Shown here: positions 49,948 to 61,891 of the stretch, piece by piece
How the letters are laid out: the number at the start of each line of letters is the position of its first letter
How positions within the stretch are numbered: position 1 is the stretch's first letter
Assembly (NCBI GenBank): GCA_013265495.1
Contig: MU057781.1
Location: 1,426,001-1,490,000 of the forward strand
DNA: 64,000 nt
Direction: 5' to 3'
Source of the DNA: Vicugna vicugna
Taxonomy: Eukaryota
Program-made: the position numbers and the translations under genes
Notes under the pieces: generated by a model
Database searches by the model: none
What the model was told of the DNA's origin: nothing
Seen by the model: the letters and a program-made list of their open reading frames with translations, nothing else

Positions 49948-51237
49948 CTAGGGCCTCGCAGCCCTAGGACAGGTAATACACGCTGTAGGCAGCCACGGCG
50001 GGGCGAAGAGCCTTGGCACGTGGGGCCGGGGGCCCGCCGCGCCCCCGCCATACACCGCCGGGGAGCGGTGAAGGTGGGCGCCCAGGGGGAAGGGTAGGGC
50101 GAATGAGGGCAGCAGCGGCTTGGCCGCAAGCTTCAGCTTCTCCAGCTCGGCCTCCTGCAGTCGCTTGGCCTTTGCTCGGCGATTCTGAAACCAGATCTTG
50201 ACCTGCGTCTCGGAGAGGCTCAGGCTGCTGGAGAACTCGGCGCGCTCGGCGATGGGCAGGTACTGCTTCTGGCGGAACTTGCGCTCCAGCGCCAGCAGCT
50301 GTGCGGCGGTGAAGGGCGTCCGCGGCTTGCGGTTGTTCTTGTGTTTCCGGAGGGTGCAGGGTGGAGGGCTGGGGACGCCTGAGGGGAAGAGAGCATGAAA
50401 CGGGCGCTCAGACGCCGGCAGTGCGCGCCCCTTTCCGACACGCCCATATCCCTGCAAAGGTCGGTTCTGGAGGCAAGTCCCAACCAACTCCGTGACCACG
50501 GCCCTCAGAGCAGAGGAGACTCCAAAAGTCTCCGTGGTACGAGAAGTGAGGCACCGCGGAGGCGGCGCGAGGAGAGGGGGGCCGCTGTGGACTCGGGCTC
50601 TGCCCCTCAAATCGGTGGCCCTGCGCCCCAGGGGGGAAGGTAACTCTGCGCATTTGGAGAAGTGAGGAAGCCGGGCGGGAAGCCGCCGCAAGAACTGAAC
50701 GGTGAGCGCAGAGGCAACCATCCACCCGTTAACCATCTCGTGGAGGGGCGGGGACGCAAGGGGTGCTCCGGCCAGAGAGAAGCCCGGGGTCTTGGTTTGC
50801 GGGCTCCGTCCCAGGGTAGAGCAGAAGCCTGTCTGGCATGGGGGAGCCGCTGGGGGATTTGCGTGCAGGAGGGGTCGGTGGACTCGTGAGGGCTGATTTC
50901 TTTCTCTGCACTCAGGCCTGCGCGTTAGCGGCTGGTTACTTTCCGAAGTTACGAGCGACAGCGCCCTTCCCGCCCTGGTCCTCCGATCCTTGGCCAGGCA
51001 GGCTCCTCTCGCGGCCCAGAACCGTGCAACAGGGCACTTACGTGGGGAGGATGAGGGGGCGACCGGCGGGAACCAGGCCCCGGGTTCCGCGGTGCCCCGC
51101 GGCCTCTCCTCCCGGGGTTCCGCGCGCTCTGCCTCCAGCAGCGACTGGACGCTGAAGGGCAGCGAGCCAGGCCCCGCGCGGTCCCGGCCGCACGTCCTGA
51201 GCCCAGCGGGGTTCATGCCGAGCGATGCCGGGGCCAT
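49948..51237 (-). CDS. MSX3: Msh homeobox 3, two exons (51042-51237 and 49948-50378), 208 aa as written; C-terminal frameshift, possibly a decaying gene
   Basis: Exon 1 reads [13 protein letters not shown]...[13 protein letters not shown] (eh1 motif)...GAWFPP. Donor C|GTAAGT at 51041, acceptor TTCCCCTCAG at 50379. Exon 2 reads [21 protein letters not shown]...[31 protein letters not shown]; homeodomain at 50155-50334. Position just downstream of ZNF511 matches mouse Msx3. Confidence 0.93.
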   Translation of the reverse strand: MAPASLGMNPAGLRTCGRDRAGPGSLPFSVQSLLEAERAEPREERPRGTAEPGAWFPPVAPSSSPRKCPVARFWAARGACLAKDRRTRAGRALSLVTSESNQPLTRRPECRERNQPSRVHRPLLHANPPAAPPCQTGFCSTLGRSPQTKTPGFSLAGAPLASPPLHEMVNGWMVASALTVQFLRRLPARLPHFSKCAELPSPLGRRATDLRGRARVHSGPPLLAPPPRCLTSRTTETFGVSSALRAVVTELVGTCLQNRPLQGYGRVGKGRALPASERPFHALFPSGVPSPPPCTLRKHKNNRKPRTPFTAAQLLALERKFRQKQYLPIAERAEFSSSLSLSETQVKIWFQNRRAKAKRLQEAELEKLKLAAKPLLPSFALPFPLGAHLHRSPAVYGGGAAGPRPHVPRLFAPPWLPTACITCPRAARP

Positions 51238-51279
51238 ACGATGTGGGGGCAGCGGGCCGTAAAACTGCCAGGGCTTGGG

Positions 51280-52100
51280 GGCGCGCCCTCCCTCAGTGCC
51301 CTATAAAAAGGCGGCGCCCCTTTCATGCCCAGCTGTCCAATCGCCGTGGTAGCTGCGCGCGGGCCTAGGCGTCCATTGGTTTCGCTGGTCGGGGAGGGAC
51401 TGCGGGGAGGGACTGCAGGGAGGGGCGGGGCGCCGCATCGGACCCATGCTCCCTAGTCCGTGCCCGCCTGGCGCATCCCTGCTGGTTTTGCAGCGCCGGG
51501 CTGCCTCTCCCGGAGCGCTAAGACCCGGCCGGCGCTCCACTTGCCTGAGAGGAGGCTGGGGCACCCGGGGAGCACCACGGGCTGCCCCCAGCCTCCCCAC
51601 GCGGAGGAGCCCACAGAGGGCGCGACCTGGATGAGGCGCTGTCAGGGCGCAGGTCGTTGACCGCGCGCGGATCCTGCGATGCAGAGAGTTTGGCGCCATC
51701 AGAGGCGCGGCTCCGGCGGCTCTTCCCGCTGCGCCTCAGCCCGGAGTCGCAACCCTCGGCGCGGGCCTGCTGTGACCCAGGCGCTCTTTCCAAACCCTGA
51801 GGGCCACTTTTGACCGACCCCGCGTGCGGATTGGGGATTGTGCTTCTGTTGCCTTGAAGTCGGGCCGGGGTGTCCTGACCCTGGGTGGCCTTTCAGGCAC
51901 CTGCAGCTGCCCAGCGCTCTCACGGGAGTCCCACGGCCTGGCCCAGGAGCAGCAGCGGGGCGCAGCGACGGCCCCTAGGCAGACCCTGGGGCCGCGTGGA
52001 AGGCCGCGGGGCCGACCCCTCACCCGCCTCTGACGCAGGGCTTGGGACACAGGCAGGGCGCCTCCGGCAGCCCCTGGTCAGGGGCGCGAGATCCATTTCT
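51280..52100 (-). promoter_or_regulatory. MSX3 promoter / CpG island
   Basis: CpG-rich. TATAAAA at 51302-51308 (plus orientation), CCAAT at 51337-51341, ATTGG at 51375-51379, GGGGCGGGGC at about 51422-51431, TGGCGCC at 51691-51697. Confidence 0.65.
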
Positions 52101-54664
52101 GGGTGTTGGATTTATCGTCAGCCTCTTTCGTTCCACACTTGCTCCACCAAGTTGTCTGGGTACTCGTGACCTGGAAAAAGCTCCCCGACACGAGCTTCAG
52201 GCCGACCTGGCCGCGGGGCTGCTTTCGGGACGTCCGTAGACCAGGCAGCGACCAGATCCCCAACAGGGCTCAGCGAAGGAGGAGCCAAGGCCGGCAGAGA
52301 CGTGCGCTTATTCAGATTCGTTTTCCAAAACTGGACCAAGCTTTGGTTTAAAAGCCTTCCGAGGTGCCGCAGATGAGGCTTCTCTCTGCAGTCTCTCCCT
52401 CAAGGGAAGATCCCCCGAATGTGTTTTAGAATAAATCATGAGACTGGTTTGCGGATAACGACTTTATGTCAGGTTAGTATTTCAGAACACAGAAACAGCA
52501 ACCTAAATCGATACGTCTGTTTTTGAAAAACCAAAGTTGCTTTAATGAAATCTAGCTTTGGGGAACACTCTGTCTGCCAGAGAAATTCAATTAGAAACTT
52601 TCTCTCCATGCAAATTTAGAAGCATGACTGGAAGGGGCCTCAGACCCCTCCAGGGCTCTTTCTAAATTCCAAGATGGATTGCCCCTTTCTAATGTAATAA
52701 AGATGTTCTGAGTTGATTGAAGATAATTGCATCATTAAAGCACCTTCTTTGAAGGCCTCTCTCCTGGTAGTTTATCTTTAGCAGGCCACTCTTGGGAGTG
52801 TTCCAAGAATTTTAATGAGGCAGCCAGCTGCCCCCTCCTGCCCCACATCCACTCAGGAGAAGGAGGCAACTGGGTGGGGAAAATGGGACCTGGGCTGTGG
52901 CCTGGTGGGGACATGGTGTTGTGGGGCAGGTGCAGATGCCCACCTCCAGGACAGGTGTCTGAATGGGTGTGTGTCCCTCCTGGCAGGCTGGGCCAGAGAT
53001 GACCAGGCCCCTGCCTGGCACTGGTTCTTTCCCTGGAGGGAGGGAGGATGTTGGGGTGGAGAGCCCCTGGGCTTGAACCTCAGATCCCAGACCGGAGTGC
53101 TCAGCACAAACAGGCCTCCAGCAGCAGCAACTTCCTGGGGTGGGAGGTGGGGCAGGGGATGGTGGGGTGAGAAGGAAGGGATCTCACTTCTGTCAACATG
53201 GTGCAGAAACCTGGACCCCAGGTCTAAGGGAGCCTGTCACCGTCTCTGATCACCAGGAGGGACGAAGATGCCAGTGGACACCTGTCTTCCCAGCGGCCCA
53301 TGAGCAGGTCAGCCAGGCAGAGTGTGGGGACAGGGGGCCAGGCACAGCCTCTGGCAATGGGCCCTGCTTGAGGCTGGTAGGTGCACCCCACACCCCCCGT
53401 CCAAAGTGAGTTCCTGAAATAATGGCAAACCCCCAAAACTTCCCCACTCAATCCACACCTGGGTAGGTACTGTCCCCAGTGGCATTGTTCCTACAGTTTG
53501 CTCTAAGCCATGAGGGGACAGGAGGCCAAGCAAGGGCCAGGACGCTTTTATTTCCTGTGTTCTGGCGCCTTGTTTTGGTGCTGATTTTATAGGGAGCGGA
53601 CACATTGTTTGCTTCCAGAATGAATGATGATGACAAACATGGGGGTTCAGAAGCCCTGAGGAGCCTCCTCAGTGGGGTCAGTGTGACGAGATGACACTTG
53701 AGAATGGGTTTAGTTTTGTAGGATTTATCCAGCCAAGTTTGGAACTGGGCAGGACTACAAGAGAAATGTTCTCCCTCCTCTTAAAAGCTGGTGGAGGGGA
53801 GTGTTTGATGCTGTGGTGGTGAGGTTACGTAGAGCTCATGCCAGACGGTGCTGCAGGACTGAAGGTAACAAACACTGCTGAAGAAAGCGGCTGTCCCTGT
53901 TTGGATACCGACAGCAGGTGTCCAGCCTGGATGCTGTGTCTGCGGTGGCATCGCAGTTTGCACCCAGGGTACCACTGCTGGCCTCCCATGGGGGCAGCTG
54001 ACTAGGGTGTCTTATTCTAGGGCAGGACCACCCAATCCCCTGGGCTCCTTCCAAAAGCTGCACTTCCCAGACAGTGTAATCTCCAGGGGAAAGCCAAGCA
54101 GGAAGGGAGCCACCTATTTCTGCCTCATTCTCTGTGTCACTGCCATCAGCTGAGGCCCAGCCAGCCTCCCATTCATCCTGAAAGGCCAGGGCCACTCCCT
54201 GCCTCAAAGGCATCTGGGTTGGAGTCTTCGACTTTTTCCTTCTCAACTTATTGGAAACTTGCTCCAAACACAATCGCACTTTACCCATGACCCTAGCCAG
54301 AGGGGGACCAGGGGACGGGAGCTCCAGCAGCCAGTGGGTGTAATAAAGGAGGGGCAGGTAGGACATGAGGTCCCCCTCCCCAGGTGGATGCTTTGACATC
54401 ACTTGGGAGAGGAGCTGCTCCCAGTTGGAAGAGATCTGAGCTGGGAGACCTGTCAGATGAAGGGAGGCTGAGGACAGAAGCCCTGGGACTTGCTCTGCCC
54501 ACATCTTTCTTTTCCTCCTGTCCCATCTCCATCTTCTCTCCCAATTCACTTTCATACTTACTCTTTACACCCAGGGCTACAAACTTTGCCAAGACTCCTG
54601 ATGGGGGTAAAATCAGGGGAGAAGCCCCTCTGTGGTGTGACCCCTCCCTCTAGAGCAAAAGATG

Positions 54665-55065
54665 CATGTCATTTTGTTGAGAACAGAACGACACCCCCAC
54701 CTCAAGACGTCTGCAGCCTAATCCCTGGGACCTCAGAATGTGACAAAGGCAGGGTTAAGATCGTTAATCAGCTGCCTTGTGCTTGGTGGATATCCTGGCT
54801 CATCCGAGGACACTGCCAAATGTGAGGGTCCTTGAGGGGCCAGAGACACAGCAGTGTGGGGAGGACTTGGCCAGCCACGGCTGGCTTCTGCAGGTGGCCT
54901 CTTGAGGCCCTGGCTCCCCTAGAGTTTTCATCAGGACCAGCCCAGCCTGCTGACACCTGATTTTGGCCCAGAGAGACCCACTTGGACTTTGGCACCAGAC
55001 CTGTGCAGTAGTAAGTCTGGGCTGTTTGCAGTTGCTTGTTACAGCTGCGGTTGGAAGCCAGCCTC
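54665..55065 (+). mobile_element. MaLR (MLT1-type) LTR remnant
   Basis: CCCCCACCTCAAGACGTCTGCAGCCTAATCCCTGGGACCTCAGAATGTGAC near the start and TTGGCCCAGAGAGACCCACTTGGACTT...TTGTTACAGCTGCG near the end, both typical MLT1 landmarks. Confidence 0.75.
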
Positions 55066-56804
55066 CCTTCCAAGGCACCTCTTATCACCCCTGCTTCTAT
55101 GGGAGAAGAAGGTAAGGCTTGGAGAGACGAGAGATGTGGTGAGGTGGAGGTGGGGTCAGATAGGATGGGAACAGCCCTGTGTGACTCGACCTGAGTGTTT
55201 TTCTCCGTGCACTACCTGGGGTGGTGGACCTGGCCCTCTATCCAAGGGTCAGAGGCAGCAGGCTCCATGGCACTTGGGACCTTTGCTCCAGTGTCAGCTT
55301 TTCCAGAGCCCAGGCTTCCCCAGGGCCTCCTGAGCCTCTCTGCTTCCTCCCTTGTTCTGCTCTGCTTGCCCAGAGCCGTGCTGAGCCCCTCCATGGGATG
55401 TGCTCACGGTGCCTCCACATGGCTGAACCAAGACCCAGGTCCTGACCAACCAGACCATGGGATGGAGGGAGGCTGGTGGTTCTGTGCCTTTGTGAGGACC
55501 CGGTGTACCTGCTCCTGTCCACTCTGAGACTGGCCGGGCAGCCCACTGTGGGCACCTCAGAATGCCTGGGCTGAGCTGGAGGGTGGTCCCCAGGCTGGAT
55601 GAGGGCTTTCTCTCAGGGGCAGGAAAGTGAGTTCTCCGAAGGGTGGAGTGGGGCCCCCTCCCAGTTCTGCCAGATGCTGCTGCTGCACGTCTCTCGGTCC
55701 AGTTGTCCCTGCTTCTGTCTCCCTCTCCATCTCTGCCTCTCTTATCACCTGGTCCAGGGCAGGACTCCTGCTGAGCTGATGGACAGGTGTGACCAGACAC
55801 ACACATGGAGCCCGGGCACAGGGTCAGGGCCTCAGGGCAGGCTGAGCACACGCTTTGCTCCCCACCTGCCCCCCTTTTCTCCGGAGGCCTTGCTCCCATC
55901 CAGGGCCCTGGCCTGAGCCTCCCTGGAATGCTGCTCTGTCGTTCCAGCAGTGGGAAGCGCTACCGCAAGTTCTCAGCCGACACCCCCACTCGCTGAGGAA
56001 CTGTCCCTTAAACAGATTCCTGGGCCAAATGCCTGGCCGCCTCAGACCTCTGCCAGGCCAGGGGGCCTGGTTCTGGATGCCCGGCAGACCACAGCCCAAT
56101 GGCCGGCTCACCACACGTAGGATGGTCACTGCGGTCAGGCCTCAGGGAGTGGGGAGTGAGGCAGATCCGGGGGGGAGTACCTCAGTGGGCACCCCTGCAG
56201 GTTTGAGAGACTCCGCGTGATCACCTCACCCACCCACACTAGGGCTGCTCTGTGCCCCTCACTGCACACCCCTGCAGGGCTGCCAGACCTGGGGAGACTT
56301 CCCTGATGACACAAGCAGCCCCGCCACCACCCAGCCCTCCTGGCCTCTGTCCCAGTCCAGCTGCACCAGCAGACGGATGGACAGGCTTGTCTGTGGGAGG
56401 GATGAGGCTCTGGAGCTCGAAACCCCATTTCTCTCCTCACAGCTTCCTCTTCTTTCCTTCCCGCCCTAACCCTTGACTCGGGCAGCTCAGGCTCACCGTC
56501 CTTAGGGGTGACGGGCCCTGCCCTGCTGGGGCCCAGGTGACCTGGCCTCTGGAGCTGGCATCTAAGGTTAGAGAGCTGTCCTGCTCTCACTCGCCTCCTG
56601 CTGACAAGAGCTGAGAGGTGGCCCGGGATCAGACTGTGTCCAGTGGGGCTGGGCCTCCGTCTCCTGGGGAACTGGCTGTGGGGGATCGGGCTGCAGGGCC
56701 GGGGCGGTGGGGGTCCTCAGAGAGCACCAGGACAGCAGTGGGCTCGCGCCTGGGCCCCGCCTCCACCTCTCCTGGATGAGGGCTGGTCCCGGGTCTGGGT
56801 GGGG

Positions 56805-56905
56805 GTGGGGGTAGGGGTGGGNNNNNNNNNNNNNNNNNNNNNNNNGGGTTGGGGTAGGGTTAGGGGTAGGGGTAGGGGTGGGGGTGGGGGTAGGGGTGGG
56901 GGTAG
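56805..56905. repeat. (GGGGTR)n G-rich hexamer repeat spanning a 24-N gap (56822-56845)
   Basis: GGGGTG/GGGGTA/GGGTTA units on both sides of the gap. Confidence 0.9.
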
Positions 56906-59185
56906 GAGCAGGGCTGCCCTGGCCCACCCTATGAAGTCCTTTGACCTCCCCCACCACAAGCTGTGTCACTGTTAAAGGGATGACGCAGGAGTGATGGACA
57001 GAGGTGCTGTCTGGGGGTACCAACTCAGCAGCATGTGTGGGGAAGGAGGCAGCCCAGACCGCACCATGGGAGAGACAGAGGAGTCCTCCTGGGCCTAGCC
57101 CCTCCCCTAGGAAGGTAGAGGGTCTGGCTCAGCCTGGCTACGTGCTCCCCCTCCCGAAGGCATCCCTGCCACCCCTGCTGCCCAGAGGGGGCCCCACCTC
57201 TCCGCTCCCAGACGCCTGGCTGGGCAGCAGACACTCGAACCTTTACTCGAGAAGCTTGTATCCAGGCTTCTGCTGGCACCAGGCCCCTTTACTCATGGCC
57301 TGGCATCATCCAGCCAGGCAGGACTCTTCCCAGGCGTGCCCCACTGGGTGGGGGAGTGCTCAAAGGGCCTGAATAAACAGGCGGGGCATTTTGGGGACAA
57401 TGGGACTTCTGGAATCAGGACTGGCTTTGTGTGCTGCTGCTGCCGCTGGGTTAATGAGCTGGAAAGCACAATTGCTCTTCCCGGGCTGTGAAAATCGCTT
57501 CAGGGCAGTGGAGTCCACTTAGTTGCTGGGAGGACCCAGAATTGATTTCCTTTGTCCAGAGGGCCCAGCACAGCCTTGCAGAGGCCACAGGCTGGGTGGG
57601 GCCTCCTCGTAGGAAGACCCCAAGCAGCCCAGGCTTTGGAGGGCCTCTGAACAAGGGCAGGATCCCAGGAATGAGATGACTTTAAAAACAAAACAGCAGA
57701 TGCCTTTCTCCTGTCCAACCCCCATTTTCCAGAATCCTCCCCTGCTTTGGGGTGGTGTGACATAGCCTTCCCACACAGGGTGCTGCCCCAGGAAGACGAC
57801 ACTAGGGACCAGGACCAGGCTCCTGACCCCCACACTGCTCCCTCTTGGGGTACGGACACTGTGAGAGGTGCCTGGGCAGCCTGGCCCGTGGTAAGCCAGG
57901 GGCAGACCAGCCCCTGAGGCCCCAGGAGAGTGATGGCCACTCTTAGCCTTGCCCCTCTCTTGGCCCCAGGCCACGGGGCATGCTGTTCAGATGGACTGCA
58001 GGAAAGCCGTTTGAGGCCTGAGGTCATGAACACAGAACAGGTCTCTGAACAGAAGGTGCCTGACCTTTTGTGGTGTTTCTCATCTTCCAGGCTGACCCAA
58101 CGTTGAGCTTTAGATCTTCATGAAGTTTTGGAGGGCAAGCTTCTGAGAACACCGTGAAAGAACACTTTCTGGATCACAGTCTGTCCTCATGAGGTGGACA
58201 GGGCAGGAAGTGTTCTGAGAACTCTCACCTTGGTTTTGCTGAAGAGTCCAGGCAGGCACTGGGGGTTGGGGACTGCACTCAGGGGCTTCCCCTCTCTCTG
58301 CTGCAGAGCGGCCGGATGCCTGGACCAGGCCACCAAGGAGCCACTGAAAGCGGTCCAGCTGGACCTTCGCGAGAGTCCAGATGGCTTCTACTGGGGCCTG
58401 GAATTTCGGGGGTGAGACCCTGATTCCAGAACCTCGTTCCTGTGGTTTCCAGAAGCCCAGAGGAGCTAGAAGTGATTTAAGGAAGGCCTGCAAGTCCTAG
58501 GACAGCGAGGGGTGTTGAGGGGAGTGGGCCTCAGCAGGGAGGCCTGTGGACTGTACATGCAGAGCAGAGCACGACTCTCAAAATGTGGAGAAGAGAACCC
58601 ACAGCCGGGACCACGATCCCTCACTGCACTCTCCTTGCTCATGCGTGGACCTGCACAACTAGGTGGTTTCACAAGTGTAGCCTTAACTTTGGAAATCTTC
58701 CTTTCCTTCAGAGGTTTTCTGTTTCCTCCTCCCTCCATCCCAAGGGAAAATCTCCTTTTTCCCCAGTAATGAGGGACATCAGACTGTCGCAATGTCTGGC
58801 CAGAAGCCTGACGTTGGGTGAGGTGCCCGGAAGCTCCTGCACAGAGCTGCCCACCCACCCACCTGCCTAGGCCTTGGGGCAGCGGGGCAGGTCACCTGGC
58901 CGGCCAAGCCCCTTGCTCTTGGGGTGGAAGGTTCTAGCTGCCAAGTCCTGCGGGCAAGAGCTGGAGTTGGGTGGTGCCCACGTCTCAGACCGCCGCCCAG
59001 GCTGAGCTCACCTCCCCGCGTCACCCAGTGCTGTGCTGCCTCTGGTCAGTGCCACCCTCCTGGCACTCGGAGCTGACCCACGGCAACGGATAGGAGGCAT
59101 GTGCCAAGTGCCAGGTACAGATGGCACTCAGAGTGGGTAGGAAGAGGGGTCAGGGGAGGTGCAAGGGGGGCTGGGAGTCGCATGC

Positions 59186-59272
59186 CTGATTCTAGTCCTG
59201 GCTCTGCTGAAGGGCTGTGGCACCTGACCTGATGTCTTAACGTCTCTGGGCCTCAGTTTCCTATTTTGTCTC
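59186..59272 (+). mobile_element. MIR SINE core fragment
   Basis: TTCTAGTCCTGGCTCTGC...TTAACGTCTCTGGGCCTCAGTTTCCT is the MIR core signature. Confidence 0.7.
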
Positions 59273-60511
59273 CCCTATAGAAGTGGAAGCAAACTTACAA
59301 AGAATTCCATTTGTTGTAGTCATTGAAGCCCATGTCCACTTCCCTTTTACCCCATCTGGTCAGTCAGGCCCAGAGGCACCGGGGGAGGGCAGGGAGCCAG
59401 CAACAGGGGCAGCCAGTGGCCTCAGGGAGCAGCAGCAGGGGCTCCTGAGTCCTGCTGCCTGGAGCGAGGGGAGGGGGCATCCCGTCCAGGCCTTCAGTGC
59501 CCTGGTGCCCAGTGCAGCTGCCCTGGCCTTGGAGGGAAGGGCACCCATGGCCGGCCTCCAGGTCAGCTCTGTAGACAGACCCCTCTGTCCACTTAAACGC
59601 AGCTTTTGCAAAAGTGCCCTCTGCCCTCCCTGACCCACTGCACAGCAGCGGCCACTCCCAGCCAGGGTAGGGCAGGAGCTCAGCCTCTGAGCCTCTGCAG
59701 GAGGCTTCTAGGGCTTGTAATCCCGCCTAATCCTGCCTCAGATCCCCTCAGGCAGGAGGAAGGCCACACACAGAATCCTCAGGCCCATGTTGGTCCTGGG
59801 GACAGGCCAGGGGAGGGGCCCTCTCCAGGCCTGAGCCCCTCCCCTGAGGGACCTGGGGGTCTGGGTCCAGGCCCAGCGCACACAGACCTGGAGCTGGGAG
59901 GCAGGTGTGCCGGCACAGAAGGTGACGTCAACCTGCCTGGCCCAGGCCCAGGCCCAGGGCCAGAATAAACCAGAGCTGGGGCCTCCCCAGCTCCCTGGGT
60001 GGGAGATACTGGGGACCTTACAGGGTGTTCTGGCATTTTGGTCCACACTGGACATGGACCCTGCTTTGAGAAGTGCATGGAAAGGGGGTAACTCTCTGAG
60101 CTGATGGCCTCCATTCCTAAAAACAGCCAAGCTGGAGGACAACTTTATATGTGGGCCAAATGGGCCAGCTCCAGAAAGGCGTCCTCCCCAGCCCACCCCC
60201 CTCAGCCCCAGCCCATGCCAGGTGCGCCCCAAATTGCCGGGGCCCTGTTAGCCCCCACAGTGGCCGCTGGGCAGTTCCTGGACCGCTCCAGGGAGAGGGA
60301 GTGAATGAGGGGCAGCAGGGGGCCAGATGGTCACACCAGTGCACTCCCAGGGCACCCACCCACAGCCCTCCAGCTATGATGAAACAGGAGAGGGACGTCT
60401 GGGAGGCCTGGTTAACAAAGACTGAAGTCTGAGCAGACACTCTGCTGCCAGAAGCGCTAGGCGGACAGAGGCAGGGCTGGGGGGCCTGTGCGGTGGGAGG
60501 AGGTGAGGCCA

Positions 60512-61080
60512 TGTAAGCAGATAGGGTAGGGGTCCCTGGAGAAAGGGAACCAGGCATGGCTTTCTTGACAGAAGGGAAGCCATTTTTGGCCTAAGCCATT
60601 TTATGGGCTAAGCCTGGCCACAGTGCTTGCCCTTGAGCAGGTCTCGATCATTAATGATCTCAAGGGGACAAAAGAACGCAGAAACAAACTGTTACCGGGC
60701 AAGAGAAGTAACAATGGCAAAGCTAACGTGTCAGTTGTCGAGTCTTCAGTTCTGTTCCGATGGCAAAGATTAGCTGAGGCTGAACCACCAGTCCTCTGAC
60801 CCTCAGGGAGGACGATGCAGACCTTTTCTAACCCTCGTGACTTCAATCAACCAAAGCTCGGACTCTGTCGACCGCCCAGGTCCCCTCACAAACATGCACG
60901 TCCCCTTAGCTTAAAACTTCACCAGCTTCGCTGCTCCAGGGGACACCACTCTGCCGAACGTCCCAGGTGTTCTGCCTACCTGCTGTGAGTAACAGTAAAT
61001 GCTTCCTTCTCCTGCGCTTTGGCTTCTTTGTGTCTTCTGGCTCGACACCCACCCAGAGGCCAACCCAGTTTTCAGGAACA
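60512..61080 (+). mobile_element. ERV1-class solo LTR (569 bp) with 4-bp TSD
   Basis: Begins TGTAAG and ends GGAACA (TG...CA termini); GCCA at 60508-60511 and 61081-61084. Internal TTAAAA (60911) and AGTAAA (60994) lie at TATA-like and polyA-like positions. Confidence 0.85.
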
Positions 61081-61891
61081 GCCAGAGAGCAGAGAAGGAT
61101 CTTGGGTCATGGAAACCTTGGTTGGGACTTTGAGTTCTGTGTTTGTTCTGTTAGGGGGTGGGGTGCAGGCCAGACATGGAGTTTCAGGTGCTCAGGTCAG
61201 AGGGTCTGTGGTAGCCCTCTGTTCCCGCCTAACAGACCACCAGCAGCCCAGGGGGTGGGATGCAGTGGGCGCTGCAGGCAGGAGCTCTGCGGAGATGTGG
61301 GGGCTGATCGGGGCCTGACAGGAGCCAACGGAAGTCCTCTTCTCGACCAAAGAGGACTGGCACTGAATTTTGTGCCCTGGTGGACGGTTCACGGCCCAAG
61401 GCTTGCTATGTTCGAAAACAAGCTGGAATGGAGAGTAATCAACTATCAAGTACCTAGTTTAATCCTGGTCTGAAAGACCACTTAAGACTGAGCCACTGAC
61501 AGAACATCTCGGCAGTGGTTCCGACCGCCCAGTCCAGGAGGAGGAGGGCTGCTGGGCGGCTGTCTGCGCCCTAGGCTTCAGTCGGGACAGACGGGGGAAC
61601 GCTGTGGTGTTCTCAGGTGGGACGGGGGACAGGCACAGAGCTGGGGGAGGGGGAAGCTCACTGCCAGGCCGGCGTGGAGGGCAGCACCTGCCCCCGTGGG
61701 ACCACGCGGGCCCCGGACAGCCATCCTGGGTCCCAGTCTGTGCCCAGCAGCCACAGAGACCCTGTGTGTTGGACCAGCCATGGACTAGGCCTTGTCCAGA
61801 ACCAGAACATGGAGAGTTCTTTACTCCCTTGGTAGCCAAGCCTGGGTGGGGTTCCCATTCCATGTGCCCCTGTCAAGTTCCTGCCCCCAGC

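Noticed and set aside
53836-54555. 239-aa minus-strand ORF upstream of MSX3
   Set aside because: No recognisable domain, splice context or promoter. One ORF of this length is roughly expected by chance across six frames of 64 kb. A blastp/tblastn hit with conserved frame would reverse this.
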